A stretch of DNA of 52,862 nt, filler included, from Perkinsus olseni (Eukaryota), in assembly GCA_013115125.1 (NCBI GenBank). It is 2 parts of 2 records of this genome, joined end to end, with 100 filler letters (N's around TTAATTAATTAA, not from the genome) between each part and the next. Parts side by side here need not be neighbours in the genome. Positions count along the whole stretch, not along the records: positions 1 to 26,401 come from JABANN010000483.1; 1 more part is not named here. One strand, given 5' to 3'. The notes under the pieces were generated by a model. The model was not told where the DNA came from. It searched no databases and saw only the letters and a list, made by a program, of their open reading frames with translations. Position numbers and translations under genes: made by a program. Below are positions 1-12,413 of the stretch, piece after piece (position 1 is the first letter of the stretch; every line of letters begins with the position of its first letter).

Positions 1-23
1 GTTAAGATAATACTATTTCTCAG

Positions 24-748
24 GACGTGGAACGTCTACCTTCGACGGTGCTGCCATCGCTCACGCCGTGCTGGAGAGGGTCTCGGAGCACATCGGCTGC
101 CGTGCAGTATTCGCCACTCACTACCATGAATTAGCCGAGGATGAAACACTCCTCAATACTGGACTGTAAGGGCCTTCTGCTGTCCACACCTTTCAAGCTG
201 CATCAGCAGTCAGCGTCCGACCGTGCTATGGTCTCGGCAGATACCATCAAGCATGCCTCGTGAACCCAACGACCCGCGAAGTGACCTTCCTCTACAAGTT
301 CACTAAGGGTCGTTGCCCGCAGAGCCATGCCATGCACGTAGCGAAGATCGCTGGACTGCCTGAGGTCAGTTTAGGCTGGGAATTTCGGGGACGCATCCTT
401 GCATGTTTGACGCTGGTGATGGCGATTGGATATGCGTCGGGGGTGTTGCGACCGTTATGGCTGCTTATCTAGAGCTAGCGCTGTCGTCAGGTTATAGTAG
501 AAGAAGCCAGGGAGATGTCAGCAGTTTTCCACTCTGCTGTGAAGTCGTCGGCCGTCCCGTCTGATGACGAGGCCCTTGGCAACTTCTATGATTCTGTCAA
601 GTACGTTGTAGCTTTTTGATTTTCTGCTGCGTCGTCTCATTGTGTTGGTGGCGAGTGGGAAGTAGCTAACTTATATTCCGACACTGGAAGGCTGCTATGA
701 GTCATAGCTTATGATGCCTACAGAAAATACCGGTCGCGCAAGCACTAA
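24..748 (+). CDS. MSH6: MutS-family mismatch repair protein, MSH6-like, 3' exons (5' truncated)
   Basis: Spliced exons 24-165, 241-364, 491-600 read [66 protein letters not shown] (MutS ATPase domain V and HTH); GT-AG introns 166-240 and 365-490. Last exon and stop uncertain (619 or 748). Confidence 0.85.
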
Positions 749-2061
749 TCAAAGAGAAAATCTTGACGCGGTTATGGGCCATTCTTGATGAGATACCACG
801 AACTTATATTCGGACAGTACCAACTCGGACACTTGAATCCCCCGGCCATATCGTTTCGCGAACGGTTCGCGGGAATCAAGCTGATATGACCGGCTCCTGA
901 AATTCCATACTATGGTGGGACATCCTGGGCCGAAGTGCCTGCCCGTCTGAAAGAAGTGGAGTACATCCCATACTTAAGGGCGTGCTGTGCCTCACTTGCA
1001 CGTTCCAAGTCATCCAGCACGTACGGCAATAAGCAGTAGTTCTCATGATTTAGTGATCAATTCTCTAACCAAGCCGGTCTCACCCGCGAAGTTCCATTCG
1101 AACTTGATTTCCTGTCGGCGTGTGGCTGGTTCGGTGAAGTTTCTCCCTTCTTAAGGAATGTGCATTGAGTTACTGAGTGCAAAGCAAGTGCCTCGGTTGG
1201 CTGGCGAGCGAAGTGCCACCGTCTCAAGTGGTCCTGTCCGAATTGGGTCAGGCCGCCCAGCCGTTTTTGTCCGAGCTGCCACCGACTCAGCTGATGGTGG
1301 TGGGTGACGACAGTGACGACCCGTGAGTCACTCACGGGTGGTGACTTCCGCCACTACTTTCAGTCGTGTCCCTACTTGGCACCTGCACGGAAGAGGGAGG
1401 CTGCGGGAGTGCCCCACCATCTCTACAAGATTGTGACGGATTTAAACCGTAAGGCTTTCATTCGTTTACGGCGTGTTCACACAAGGAACGCTGGAATGAC
1501 TCGGCAGAGTTGCCGCTGAGGTCATCAACCCGCTCAGAGTAGGGACAGGGCGCAAATGGAGCCGCGACACCTATACGGCAGTTTTTGACGTCACTTTACG
1601 GTGTTGCACGGTGTAGCCATGCGTCGGGAATAGTTCAGCCAAGTGGTTCACAGCTCACCACTCCTCGTGCGCCTTCTTCGATGAGTTTACACGGCCGCGA
1701 ATGACTATCAACTCACTACCGCCTGTAGCTGCGCTGTCCTATCACGGGCTAGAGTGTACGTTCAAATGTTGAGACGTACGGGTGTGGAACACGCAAGCGC
1801 GGGGGAGGACGCGATGAGTAATCACAGCGCGGTAACGCTTCCGGGCTCATGCTTCGTGCGAACGGCAACAGCGCCCTCTGTCTCGTTGAAGGCAGCTTAT
1901 ACCGAAAGACCGGATAGACGTGCTTTCTCGGCCACTCAGTTTGCTTCTGCCTCGAAATCTTTGGCGGCAGCTAACACGCTCGCTAGCCCGCTGTGCCAGG
2001 ATAATAGCACCCACGGTATCCTTGCTCTTCAGCTTCACGACAGCTCCTGTCTTCTCCCCCA

Positions 2062-2220
2062 ATGCGCTTCGCTATCCTCATGGTCGCTGCAACCCTCATG
2101 GCCACCTTCGGTCTCAAAGTCGGTGCCTCGCCGAGAAAACTCAATTGGGGCGGATGCCCTAAGAGTTGCCCTTCTCTTTACCACTGTGGCTGTGATCAAC
2201 ACGGCTGCCGTTGCACATGA
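2062..2220 (+). CDS. Secreted six-Cys peptide, type A copy 1 (52 aa)
   Basis: Hand translation MRFAILMVAATLMATFGLKVGASPRKLNWGGCPKSCPSLYHCGCDQHGCRCT*; hydrophobic N-terminus; paralogues at 4045, 6456, 10568, 12414, 24351. Confidence 0.85.
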   Translation: MRFAILMVAATLMATFGLKVGASPRKLNWGGCPKSCPSLYHCGCDQHGCRCT

Positions 2221-4044
2221 AAATGCTATTCGTCCTCACAGCATCTATCAGGGATATTTCATAAGCTCCTCAGTGATGGACGTGGCTAGAACGTCGAGGC
2301 CCCCCTGTTGTCCGACTTTTTCTTTCTCGGTTGGCTGCCTTGCTCACCATTGGAAAACCTGGCAGACGGCGCTGCTCTGATTTTCCCCAGTTGCGCAACT
2401 GCTCTCCGATGGCGGAATGAGGCAACAATTGAGAGATGTTCCCTCCCTGTATGGTGAAATATCGCTGCTCATTATGTAGCATTCACTAGTCGGAATAGTT
2501 TATATCGGCATCAATCATGTTTTTTTCGTCTGTAGTGACGCTCTAGGTGATGCGGAGTCCGCACTGCGAAAGTTTTGCTCGGGCCGAGCCATGGCCACTA
2601 GTCCCACTTTTAGCTTTTAATCGGGTCGTCGACGGCCTGGACTACATTTGATCGCAGTGCTTCGAGGCTCTGCATTCAAGTCCCCTCCATCGAGTTAGAT
2701 AGTACTGCGTTCAGTCCATCGAACATTATAATGAATCTCGTACCGCATCCAATGCAGCGCATCGAGAAATCGATTGTACGCATGGTACAGCATGGCAGCC
2801 GGGCTGCCGTAAATGCCTCAGTGGGCTCCATCAGAACTTCTGATTCAGAAGTTAGGGGCTCCGGAAGAGTTTGACCGCGAGTAACTGTACCGGCACTAAG
2901 GTCCCCAGGGTCTCGCCTCTCAAGTTGAGAGTCTCAACAGATGGTCTCGCGGATAGACACATCCCGAGAATCATGGACATGCCGGCGACATAATGGCGCC
3001 GGCAGCGCCGTCACTGTCTCGCGGGTCGGGCTAATACAACGGTGTATCATACACCGTGTATGCATGCGTGTCAGCCAGGCTTTGCCTGTACAATTCGCAC
3101 TCACTTGATTCCACCTTCCACGATTAATGTACAGTGCAGGGAGCTCCGATGCGCAGCCTGCGAATATGCAATATTTCCCTCTTTCTAGCAGTCTCCTTGT
3201 CTCGCCGTGAGTTCGTACTCGGCCGCACGCATAAGTTCAGACGTCCTTCGCCACCAGTGATCGTATACGTGACGGAGAATTCAATTCTGGCGGGCTTCAA
3301 TATGAGTGGAAGCTGCAAGTCAGTGCGAGCTTGCAGCGCTGATAGTCCTCATCCGGATCCTACCAGATCTCGACTGGACCGTCGTGATCATGCCATTGCC
3401 GGTGTTGATAGCTCTGCTGCTTAGAGTATTCCCGGTTATTGGCGAGAATTGCAATTGAAGCAGATTGCCCTTTCAGCGTGAGGAAGCGGGAGCAGCGCTC
3501 ACAGCATTTATCTATCTCTGTTTCTCATCAGGATCTCATCTCCTTCTCTTACAACTATGCATCTGAATATCCTCGTGTTCGCTGCATCTCTAGCGGCGAG
3601 CTTCGGTGACCAAGACAGATTCTGTCTGAAGATAGGGAGGGCAGGGGAACTTCTGTCTGACAGAACGTTGCGGTTAGGTACGAGTGCTTCGGTGTCCCCA
3701 TCTCAATCCTCATAGTCAGAGGTTTCATTCTCGACTTCTCCGTCGCTTCGTACGTGCGTACGCTCTCTGTACGCTTTCGTGCTTCGTGCGTCCAATACGG
3801 TATTGGCAATACCCCTCGCAATCGTGTGCATTCTTCGTCATGTTATTGAAAGCAGGTTCCACATAGCTTCACAATGAGATCAGTCCCCCCATTCTTTGAA
3901 CCCTGTCTCAGAAGCGACAACAAGCTCGCAAGTCTGTTGTACCTCAGCCTCAGCCACTTGGGTACCACGATAAAAGCGGTCACAACATAATTGCTCTTCA
4001 GCCGCTGAAATTCAGACTATCGACAGCCCCTGTCTTTTCCCTCA

Positions 4045-4197
4045 ATGCGCTTCGCTATCCTGATGTTCGCTGCTACCCTTGTTGCCACCTTGAGTATCAA
4101 AGACGAGGCCGCGCCGGACACTTCTAACTTTAAGTTGGGCGGATGCTCCCAGTGCCTTTACCAATGTTATTGCGATACTCACGGCTGTCGTTGCTGA
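4045..4197 (+). CDS. Secreted six-Cys peptide, type B copy 1 (50 aa)
   Basis: MRFAILMFAATLVATLSIKDEAAPDTSNFKLGGCSQCLYQCYCDTHGCRC*. Confidence 0.85.
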   Translation: MRFAILMFAATLVATLSIKDEAAPDTSNFKLGGCSQCLYQCYCDTHGCRC

Positions 4198-4855
4198 CGA
4201 AAGCGTCATTCGTCCCAGCAGCATCTATAGGAGGTGCATCAATCACATGATGTCAAGGGGTTGGCCACCGTGTGTTGAGCTCTCCGGGCCTCAACACGTA
4301 TTAGGCAGTGCGTAACTGATGTACAACTGTAGGTAGGCATTGTGTCCACTTAGTTAGCCCCACTTAAACGGTGCCATCCACAGAACGCTAGTCCTAGGTG
4401 TTAGAAAGTACTTGGATGGTTTCGACCGTGGTTGCTCAACTCCAACTCAACCGAACGGTGATCCCATTGAAGTTCTTCATAAAGTTGACTTGACCATTTT
4501 ACCGTCGCACCCACTACGGGGTTGAGTTCCACGCAACGATTCGAAAGGATATCACTCGACCGATATCACAGCCCACAGAAAAAATGACATCATAATTCCT
4601 GAAAAAATATCAAGATAACATAATAACACGACCGGAGATGATAAACAATAAGCTCGATGGCAACGGAGGTACAGCCACGGCGGACGGTGCACAAGCTTAT
4701 GCAGTTGATGGAGGATGCTAGAGACCCACAACCCATCAAAGACCCCCGCAAAGGTGCATTTCCGACGGTGGATTATCGTGTTCACACCGGCCACGGATTC
4801 AAAAGGCATTTTTGTCAAGAAGATGTGATTAGCCAATGAAAGGCGTTCTCCCCGA

Positions 4856-5245
4856 TTAGCATGCCGTCAAAGGGTAGTTGAATAGGTCAACGGCATGGAG
4901 TGTCTTGCCGTCGTACTTCAGGAGGGCGAGCTTATCAGCGCCAATAGGTGCGCCTATCTGCTTGATAAGGTCCTTCAGTTTGTGGGTGTCAATGACCGTC
5001 ACATCGCCGCTCGATGCATCGTACTTATAGGGAACATCTGTCTCACTGCCGCTTCCTTTTTTGCCAGTGGAGGGAATCCATGTGGCCTCGATGTCGAATG
5101 CGGACTCGCTTCGTATGGTTACCTTGATAGTCCCGTTACCTACTAATGGGATATCGGGAGACCCACAATAGCTACCAGATGGTCTGGTCCGGAGGATGGC
5201 GTAAGCTCCGACCAGAAGAAAAGTAAAACCTAGAAGACTGCCCAT
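4856..5245 (-). CDS. Secreted hypothetical protein (129 aa), beta-rich, lineage-specific type
   Basis: ATG at 5245 gives MGSLLGFTFLLVGAYA (signal-like) then PSGSYCGS...YPLTAC*; intronless; one N-terminal and one C-terminal Cys. Confidence 0.7.
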   Translation of the reverse strand: MGSLLGFTFLLVGAYAILRTRPSGSYCGSPDIPLVGNGTIKVTIRSESAFDIEATWIPSTGKKGSGSETDVPYKYDASSGDVTVIDTHKLKDLIKQIGAPIGADKLALLKYDGKTLHAVDLFNYPLTAC

Positions 5246-6455
5246 CGATCGTCCAATATTATAAACTGAGATGGAAATCTTAACTCGGCACTGGTAAGTC
5301 GGCTGTGTTAACGTTCGATGTGTCGCCAAGTGTAAACCGCCCTCTTGTGAGTCGCCAGGTATCAATGGTCAGGCTGGACACATTACGATTGCAAAGCGAA
5401 GGGTAAGCGTCACAGTTGAAAGGAAGCACGCATGCACGCTGAGGTCGGGCGCATGCGCCCCCTATACTCATTGACGGTCTAGTACCACGGCCACATGAGC
5501 TCGACATTATCATGTAGGCCCGCAATGTCTCGTGCCTTGCTACCGGCCCTACCATGTAGACTAGATTGTGGTCATAGCATGATAGCTGGAACGACTTGAC
5601 GCTGCGGTCGTGTACCCACCCAGAGCGGGGACATTGCGCAAAGATATCCGCGACATGAGTTGGAGACTCTCGAATCGAGAGTTTTTGAGTCAAAAAAACG
5701 TCACAGTAACGTCGTCACTTGACGAGCTGCATTGAATTATCAGCCTCCAGCGCGTGAGTCTCCAGCGCCAAAGTGTGGTAATTTACCCTCCATACTCTGA
5801 AGGGTGGGACTCGGACAGTCTATCCCAAGGGATCGACGCTCCTCAACAAGGTGACGTGCCGTTATTGTAGTCTACTGTGCACCCAAATGCTGACCGCGAG
5901 CCCTCAGGGCCCAGCCCTGCGCCCGGGTGCGATGGAATATTTCGAAGTAGTACCCTAGTCCCGGCTCTATCAATAAACTTGTTTTGTTGAATGCTGCAAA
6001 GCCCGTTTCGCGGGGAAGATATGTTTCACAACGATTCGCACGCATCAACCACCGTACGCTGTATAACGCCTGCCATTCAACTGGGGCTGACAAGTTATCC
6101 TGGATATCACGATGTAGCTAGCCATCCTGATTAGTCTAATCAACTGGTTTACAGTTCACCACTCCTCGCGCACCTCCAGAAGGTGACCTCCTCCGACAGC
6201 TGCGAATGACTATGTACTCACTACCTCCCGTAGTTGCGCTGTCCTATCACGCGTTAGCGTGACGTCATCTGCACGCAAGCGCTGAGGAGAATGTGGCGGG
6301 CTAAGCGCAATGAAGGTGAGGTAGCGGTTCTGGTCTCATGTTTCGTATATCGTACCGAGAGACCGGATGGACGAGCTTTTCTCCTCTGCCACCGTAACAG
6401 CACCCCACAACGTACTTGCTCTTCAGCTTTACGACAGCCCCTGTCTTTTCCCTCA

Positions 6456-6617
6456 ATGCGCTTCGCTATCCTGATAGTCGCTGCTACCTTCACGGCCACC
6501 TTCGGTCTCAAGATCGACGCCTCGCTAGACACTTCTAGTCTCAGGCTGGGCGATTGCGATCACTGCCCTCCTGGTTACCACTGTGGCTGTGATGTGCACG
6601 GCTGCCGTTGCCTATAA
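6456..6617 (+). CDS. Secreted six-Cys peptide, type A copy 2 (53 aa)
   Basis: MRFAILIVAATFTATFGLKIDASLDTSSLRLGDCDHCPPGYHCGCDVHGCRCL* (3' half of ORF 6291..6617). Confidence 0.85.
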   Translation: MRFAILIVAATFTATFGLKIDASLDTSSLRLGDCDHCPPGYHCGCDVHGCRCL

Positions 6618-7146
6618 AAGTGTTATTCATACTCACGGGCCGTGAGTCATGCATCCACCGGGGATATTTCATAGAATCCCCATCGATGGATGTGGCAAGA
6701 ACGTGGAGAGGCTGCCACCTTCAGTCCGAGTTTCTATTTGTACGCTCGGTTGGCTGCCTTACACACAATCGAGCATCCAATCCGACACCCCTTCGGGCTT
6801 TGATTTTTCCCCAGTTTCCCAACTGCTCTTCGATGACGGTTCTGAAACTAGGCAACAATAGAAAGATGTTGCCTTCATGTATGGTGACAAAACGCGGCTC
6901 ATTATATAATATTCACTTGTCGGAAGAGTTTATATCAACACCAATTGTCGTTATCCGTCTATGTTGACGCTCTTGAGTGTCGCACATTTTGCTCGGGCCG
7001 AGCCATGGCCGTTTGTCTGACTTTCAACTTCCAATCGGGCCGTAGAAAACCTAGACCGCATTTGATGGCGGTGCTCTGCGACAATTTCGCATTCAAGCCC
7101 CCTCCTTCATGTTAGATAGGGAACTGTGTTCAGTACATCGAACAAT

Positions 7147-7576
7147 GGAGTTTCACCCGTGTTGTGTAAAACGCTAGTGTCAAACGCATAACGCATCACG
7201 CAGCGCGAAATAGACGATTTTAGAGCTCAGAACGCGAAAAACGCGTAGGCGTTAAACATACCGTCATCCATAACGCGTTGGCATAACGCGCGAGAGGTAA
7301 AACATAATCAACAGCACAACAAGAAATTCAAACGATAGAAACCTGGCGGCAGGCCTATTACCAGTTTGCTGATGATGAAGGAAATCGAAGTTAATTGAAA
7401 TTCTATAAGCGCAAACCATCCTGGAGGCTTATTCTCTTCTCTGTTGTTGGTTGTGTTCACGCAGTTAAGTCTCGTGATGGTAAGTGAATCACTTAAAGTG
7501 ATTCCCGCGTTGTGTTGTGTTTCACGCGTTCAACACAATGCTTAACGCGGTAAACTCGTTAAACAGGTGAAACTCC
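7147..7576. mobile_element. Non-autonomous DNA transposon (MITE), 430 bp
   Basis: 11-bp TIRs GGAGTTTCACC / GGTGAAACTCC flanked by AAT on both sides (3-bp TSD); absent from paralogous sites at ~2725 and ~11235. Confidence 0.8.
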
Positions 7577-10567
7577 AATATGCTGATTCACCTACTGTAT
7601 CCGATGCAGTGCATCGTGAAATCGTCTCAAATTGACACGAGGTGCAATTGACACTGTCAATTTTACTGTACAATTTGTGCACATGGTGCAGCATATCGCG
7701 GCTTAAGTCCCCACGGTATAACTAAGAAGAGGCTGTCCTACATGCCTCAGTGGGCTCCATCAGAAGTAAGGGGCTCTGGGAGAGTTTCACCGCGAGTAAC
7801 TGTACCGGCAGTATACGGTATACTGGTCTCACATATACCCAGGGTCTCACATCTCAACAGATGGTCTCGCCGATGGACACATCCCGAGAATCATGGAGAG
7901 ACTCCGCTCTACTCTGCCAGAATGACTGGTATTCACTTGCACGATTCGCCAGTGAATCGCGGCTAGTCCCCTTTGCCACAGTCTCCCGGATGGAACCGTC
8001 ACGGTTCAACCGTGGTGAGAGTCTGCACGCGGTGGAGCAAGCCCCGGCTATCCACTGGATAGTATCCAGGTCTGAGCTTCGTGCGGTCCGTTGGTCCAAC
8101 TTTACCAGATACTCGGTTAACCACTCGGCAAGGGTCGCATTACGGATCGAGTATGCTCCCTCGAAGTACTGAATGATGGCGCCGGCAGAGCCACCATTGA
8201 CCCTCGGGTCAGGCTAATACAACGGTGTATGCATGCGTGTCAGCCAGGCTTTGGCAAAGCCGCTTTGCCTCTGCAATCGCACTCATTTGGTTTCACCTTC
8301 CGCGATTAATGTACAGTGCAGGGAGCTCCGATGCGCAGCCCGCGAGTATGCAGTATTTCCCTCTTCCTAGCATTCTCCCTGGCTCGCCATGAGTTCGTAC
8401 TCGGCCGCACGCATAAGTTCAGACGTCCTTCGCCACCAGTGAACGTATACGCGACGGAGAATTCAATTCTGGCGGACTTCAATGTAAATGGAAGGTACGA
8501 GTCATTGCGATCTCGCAGCGCTGATGCTCCTCATTGGGATCCTACCAAGATCTCCTCGACTGGACCCTCGCAATCATGCCGTTGCCGGTGTTGGTAGTTC
8601 TGCTGCTTGGAGTAACTTCCTGGTCATGAGTTGGCTAGAATGCTACTGGAGAGCATCGCAATCCTAGCGTGAGGAAGCAGCATAACGCAGCACTCATAGC
8701 ATTTTTCTATCTCTGCTTTTCATGAGGATCTCAGCGCCTTTTCCCACAACTCATGCGCTTGGAAATCAACACGAAAATATTCAAACTTTGAATTATTCAA
8801 ATTGAATATCTTCGTGTTCGCTGCATCTCTAGCGGCGAGCTTCGGTGTTGTAATATCGAGTTCGTTCAGGTGAGCGCCCCAAAGACTGCTGATGAACACA
8901 GGTCTCCAAAGAGTGACGAAACCTGCACTGAAGTAGCCACATTCATAGCTATGCAGGAGAAATGCCAGAAGAGCGCATAATGGGACCGACTAGACTGGTA
9001 TAACATTCGGTACCGAAGAAAACATCTCGCCTGCCGTCCCTATCATCAGAGGAGGGGGTTGCAGTAATTGCGGTGAGTATTGCATCTGCACTCCTGCCTC
9101 TTGCCATTGCAAGTAATGATTGTGATCAAGAAAACTGTATCCCCACTCTCTGTCACCGGTGGTTATTCATTTCATGCTTGGTTAGCTCGGTTGCCCGCCC
9201 CTGGACGACCTATCAGTCGGTGCTGCTTTCATTTTTCGCGGGTCGCCCAAGACTCTTAAACGGCGGTTCTGAGTTAAGGTGACGACCGAGCAAAGCTCTT
9301 TTAGCCCATGTGCAGCTGCTAGCCGTGATTCCCGGTGTATGAAACTTTCATAATGAAAGTATACCCTTCATTCTCCAACACTGAGTAATCGGGTCGTAGT
9401 AGACCCGTGCAAGAGTTGCTCACAGTGCTTGCCGATGAATCCGTATCAAAGCTAGTCCCTTTTTAGAGGATGTCGCTGTTTTCAATCAATGACCAATCAC
9501 ATGGTATTGCATCGGACCAGAATGGCCTCACAGTGGCATCGTGAGTATCGTAACATCTTGCACAGCAACGGCGATAGTGGCGGTACTTTAACTTGCAAGT
9601 CATGGCCCACCACAATGAAGTCTTTGTAGAGGCTCACCCAGAATCGGCCGCCTTCCATCCAGTGCAATTCTATCCAGCTCATTTCATACATCGGGCAGCG
9701 CGACGCTGCCAGCTCCCATCCAGAATCTTTTCGCCCGGGGTAAGTATGCGGATCCTGATTGCAAGGGCGCAGCCGTTGATTGGAATCAGGATCCGCATGC
9801 TTACCCGGTAGGGCCTATCTTAATTCGAATCATCAACCACCAGCCGAGCCTCCTATCGTCCCTCACTGAGGGAGGGACCCTCAGTCAACCCGCCATTGGG
9901 ATAGACCTTGAGCCGCTCCCACGATGGCCTACTTTCCTAACCACCAAACAAGAATTTCTTCATTCCTGCCTCCACGAGCAAGCTCTAACGCACCTGCTGC
10001 GTCCACAATGGTACTACCATAAGTCCAAAGGTTGGTGACGACTTTCGTTCCCTATGCGCTTCTGCTCTTGTGCATCCAATTGTCCCTTCAATCGTGCGCA
10101 TTCCTTGTCACTCTATCGAAAACACGTTCCCCACAACTCCATAATGAGATCAGTTTCCTCAGTCTTTGAGCCTTGCCTCGAACAGCCACGCTGTACTGAG
10201 CTACAGCGCGGCAATGGGCACTATAGCGACACCAATGACAACTACCTGCATACCCTTACCCCAAGGTTGCTACGTGATACGTACTACGTATTACGTAGTA
10301 CGTATGCTCGCTCCCTGTGCGCTTTCGCTCTTTGCGCGTCCTATCGTCTACGCAATCTTGTGCGTTCCTCGTCATGCTATTGAAAATATTGCTTCCCCGT
10401 AGCTCCGCGATGCGATAAGCTTCCCAATTCCTCGAGTCCCGTCTTAAAGGCGGGCAACGGGCTCGCAAGTCTGTTGTACCTCAGCCTCACCCCTTCCGGT
10501 GCCACGATAACGGTGCTCTAAGCAGACTTTCTCTTCAGAGTATCGACAGTCACTGTCTTTTCCCTCA

Positions 10568-10723
10568 ATGCGCTTCGCTATTCTGGTGTTCGCTGCTACC
10601 CTTGTTGCCACCTTGAGTATCAAAGACGAGGCCGCGCAGGACACTCCTAACTTTAAATTGGGCGGATGCTCCCAGTGCCTTTACCAATGTTATTACGATA
10701 CTCACGGCTGCCATTGCCGATGA
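10568..10723 (+). CDS. Secreted Cys peptide, type B copy 2 (51 aa, five Cys)
   Basis: MRFAILVFAATLVATLSIKDEAAQDTPNFKLGGCSQCLYQCYYDTHGCHCR*; fourth Cys TGC>TAC. Confidence 0.75.
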   Translation: MRFAILVFAATLVATLSIKDEAAQDTPNFKLGGCSQCLYQCYYDTHGCHCR

Positions 10724-12413
10724 AAGTGTCACTCGTCCCAGCAGCGTCTTTCGGGGATGTTTCGAAGCTTTCCCATCGGTGGATCTGGTTATGAAGTGAA
10801 GGCCCTTTCTCTTCTGGTCCTAGTTTTTGCTCCATCGTCGATTACCATCCGACGGCTGACTATCTCAATCACTACTGGACAACGTATCTGGCAGTGCTGG
10901 CCTGTTGCCCGACGGTGGTTCGCGAATGAGCTTACCATTGAGAAATGTTGCTGTCACCAGTCGCTGCTCATTATGTATTATTCCCTCCATCATCATTATC
11001 GACCAGATATTCTTTATGAACGCCCCAACCTTTGGTCATTCCTTTACGTCAGTGCAACGGACTCAGTAAGTAACGTCACAGATCTTGGTGCTGCAGACAT
11101 TTTACTTGAGCCGAGCTATGGCCGCTCGTCCGACTTGCCCTTTTCCTGGGCTTCGGTCGTAGCTTTTTTTTCGACGATCCCGTATTTAAGCCATCTCCCT
11201 CGTATAGGAAGGTACTGTGTTCAGTCAATCGAACAGTATCAATCGCGAACCACATCCATGACGACAAGGGCTGAGTCCAAACTTATGTTGCGTTCTCCAA
11301 CCCCACACATGCAACAGGCAGTGCGCAATGGGTGCACCACTGTTGGTGGGCCTTGGGACAACCGAGAAGGCTCGGCCTAAACGGCGCCATTCACAGAACA
11401 CCAGCCCTAGGAGGAAAAAATTACTTGGACGGGTTTAATTGTGGTCGAGGGACAATCCTGTGACTCACACGCTGAGCTGCAACTCAACTAAACGCGATTC
11501 CAATAAACTGAGATGGAGATACTTAACTCGGCAATGGTAAGCCGGCTGTGTTAACGTTCGATGTGTCGCTAAGCGGAAACCGCTCTTTGTGGGTCGCCAA
11601 ATATTCATGGTCAGGCCGGTCACTTTACGCTTGCAAAGCAAAGGGTTGGCGCCGCAGTTGATATGGAGCACGCATGCTCACCCAGATCAGGTGTGGATGG
11701 GACAGCAAATACCCGTGTACGCCCGTTGGTCGTCCAGTTACCCGGTCACATGGTAGGCCTCCAATCTCTCACGCCTCACTGCCGGCCAAACGATGTGGAC
11801 TTGAGTGTGGCCACAGCATGATAACTAGAATGACTCAGCACACTACAACGATGTGGTCATGTACCTCGCGGGGTAGGGGACATCGGCAAACTCGGACTCG
11901 CGTACGAGAATTCCTGACGTCACTTGCCGAGCCGTGTTCACACGAAGTAGGCAGCCATCGTTACTAGTCCATTCAATTGGTTCGCAGTTCACCACTCCCG
12001 GCGTATCTCCTTTGATGAGTTGACACGGCTCTCCAGCAGAGAATGACTATCCACTCACTTCCCCCTGTAGTTGAACTGTCCCATTACGAGCTAGAGTGAC
12101 GTGACGTACTTCTAGCTCGTAACGTACTTCATCTGCACGCAAGCGCTAGGGAGAATTCGGTGGGTTTAGAGTAATCGTGGAGAGGGAAGGTCCTGAGCTC
12201 ATGCTTCGTATGTCCAGCAGCGGCTCTCTCTGCTTTGTCGAAGGCAGCTCATACCGAGAGACCGGATAGACAATCTTTCTCGGCCACTGTATTTGCTTCT
12301 GCCTCGGAATCTCCGGCGGCGGCTAGTAGGCTCGCCAGCCTGTTGTGCCAGGGTAACAGCACCCGCGACATACTTGTTCTTCAGCTTAACGACAGCCCCT
12401 GTCTTCTCCCTCA

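Noticed and set aside
1610-1622. Spliced-leader relic (GTAGCCAT)
   Set aside because: Only 8 nt match the dinoflagellate/Perkinsus leader; expected by chance.
1754-2380. 208-aa ORF and its counterpart 12235..12603
   Set aside because: Alternative frame over the peptide gene; not open in other paralogues, non-ATG start, no conserved features.
3134-8597. Paralogous ORFs MQGAPMRS... at 3134 and 8316
   Set aside because: GTG starts and frameshifted ends between copies; explained by non-coding duplication.
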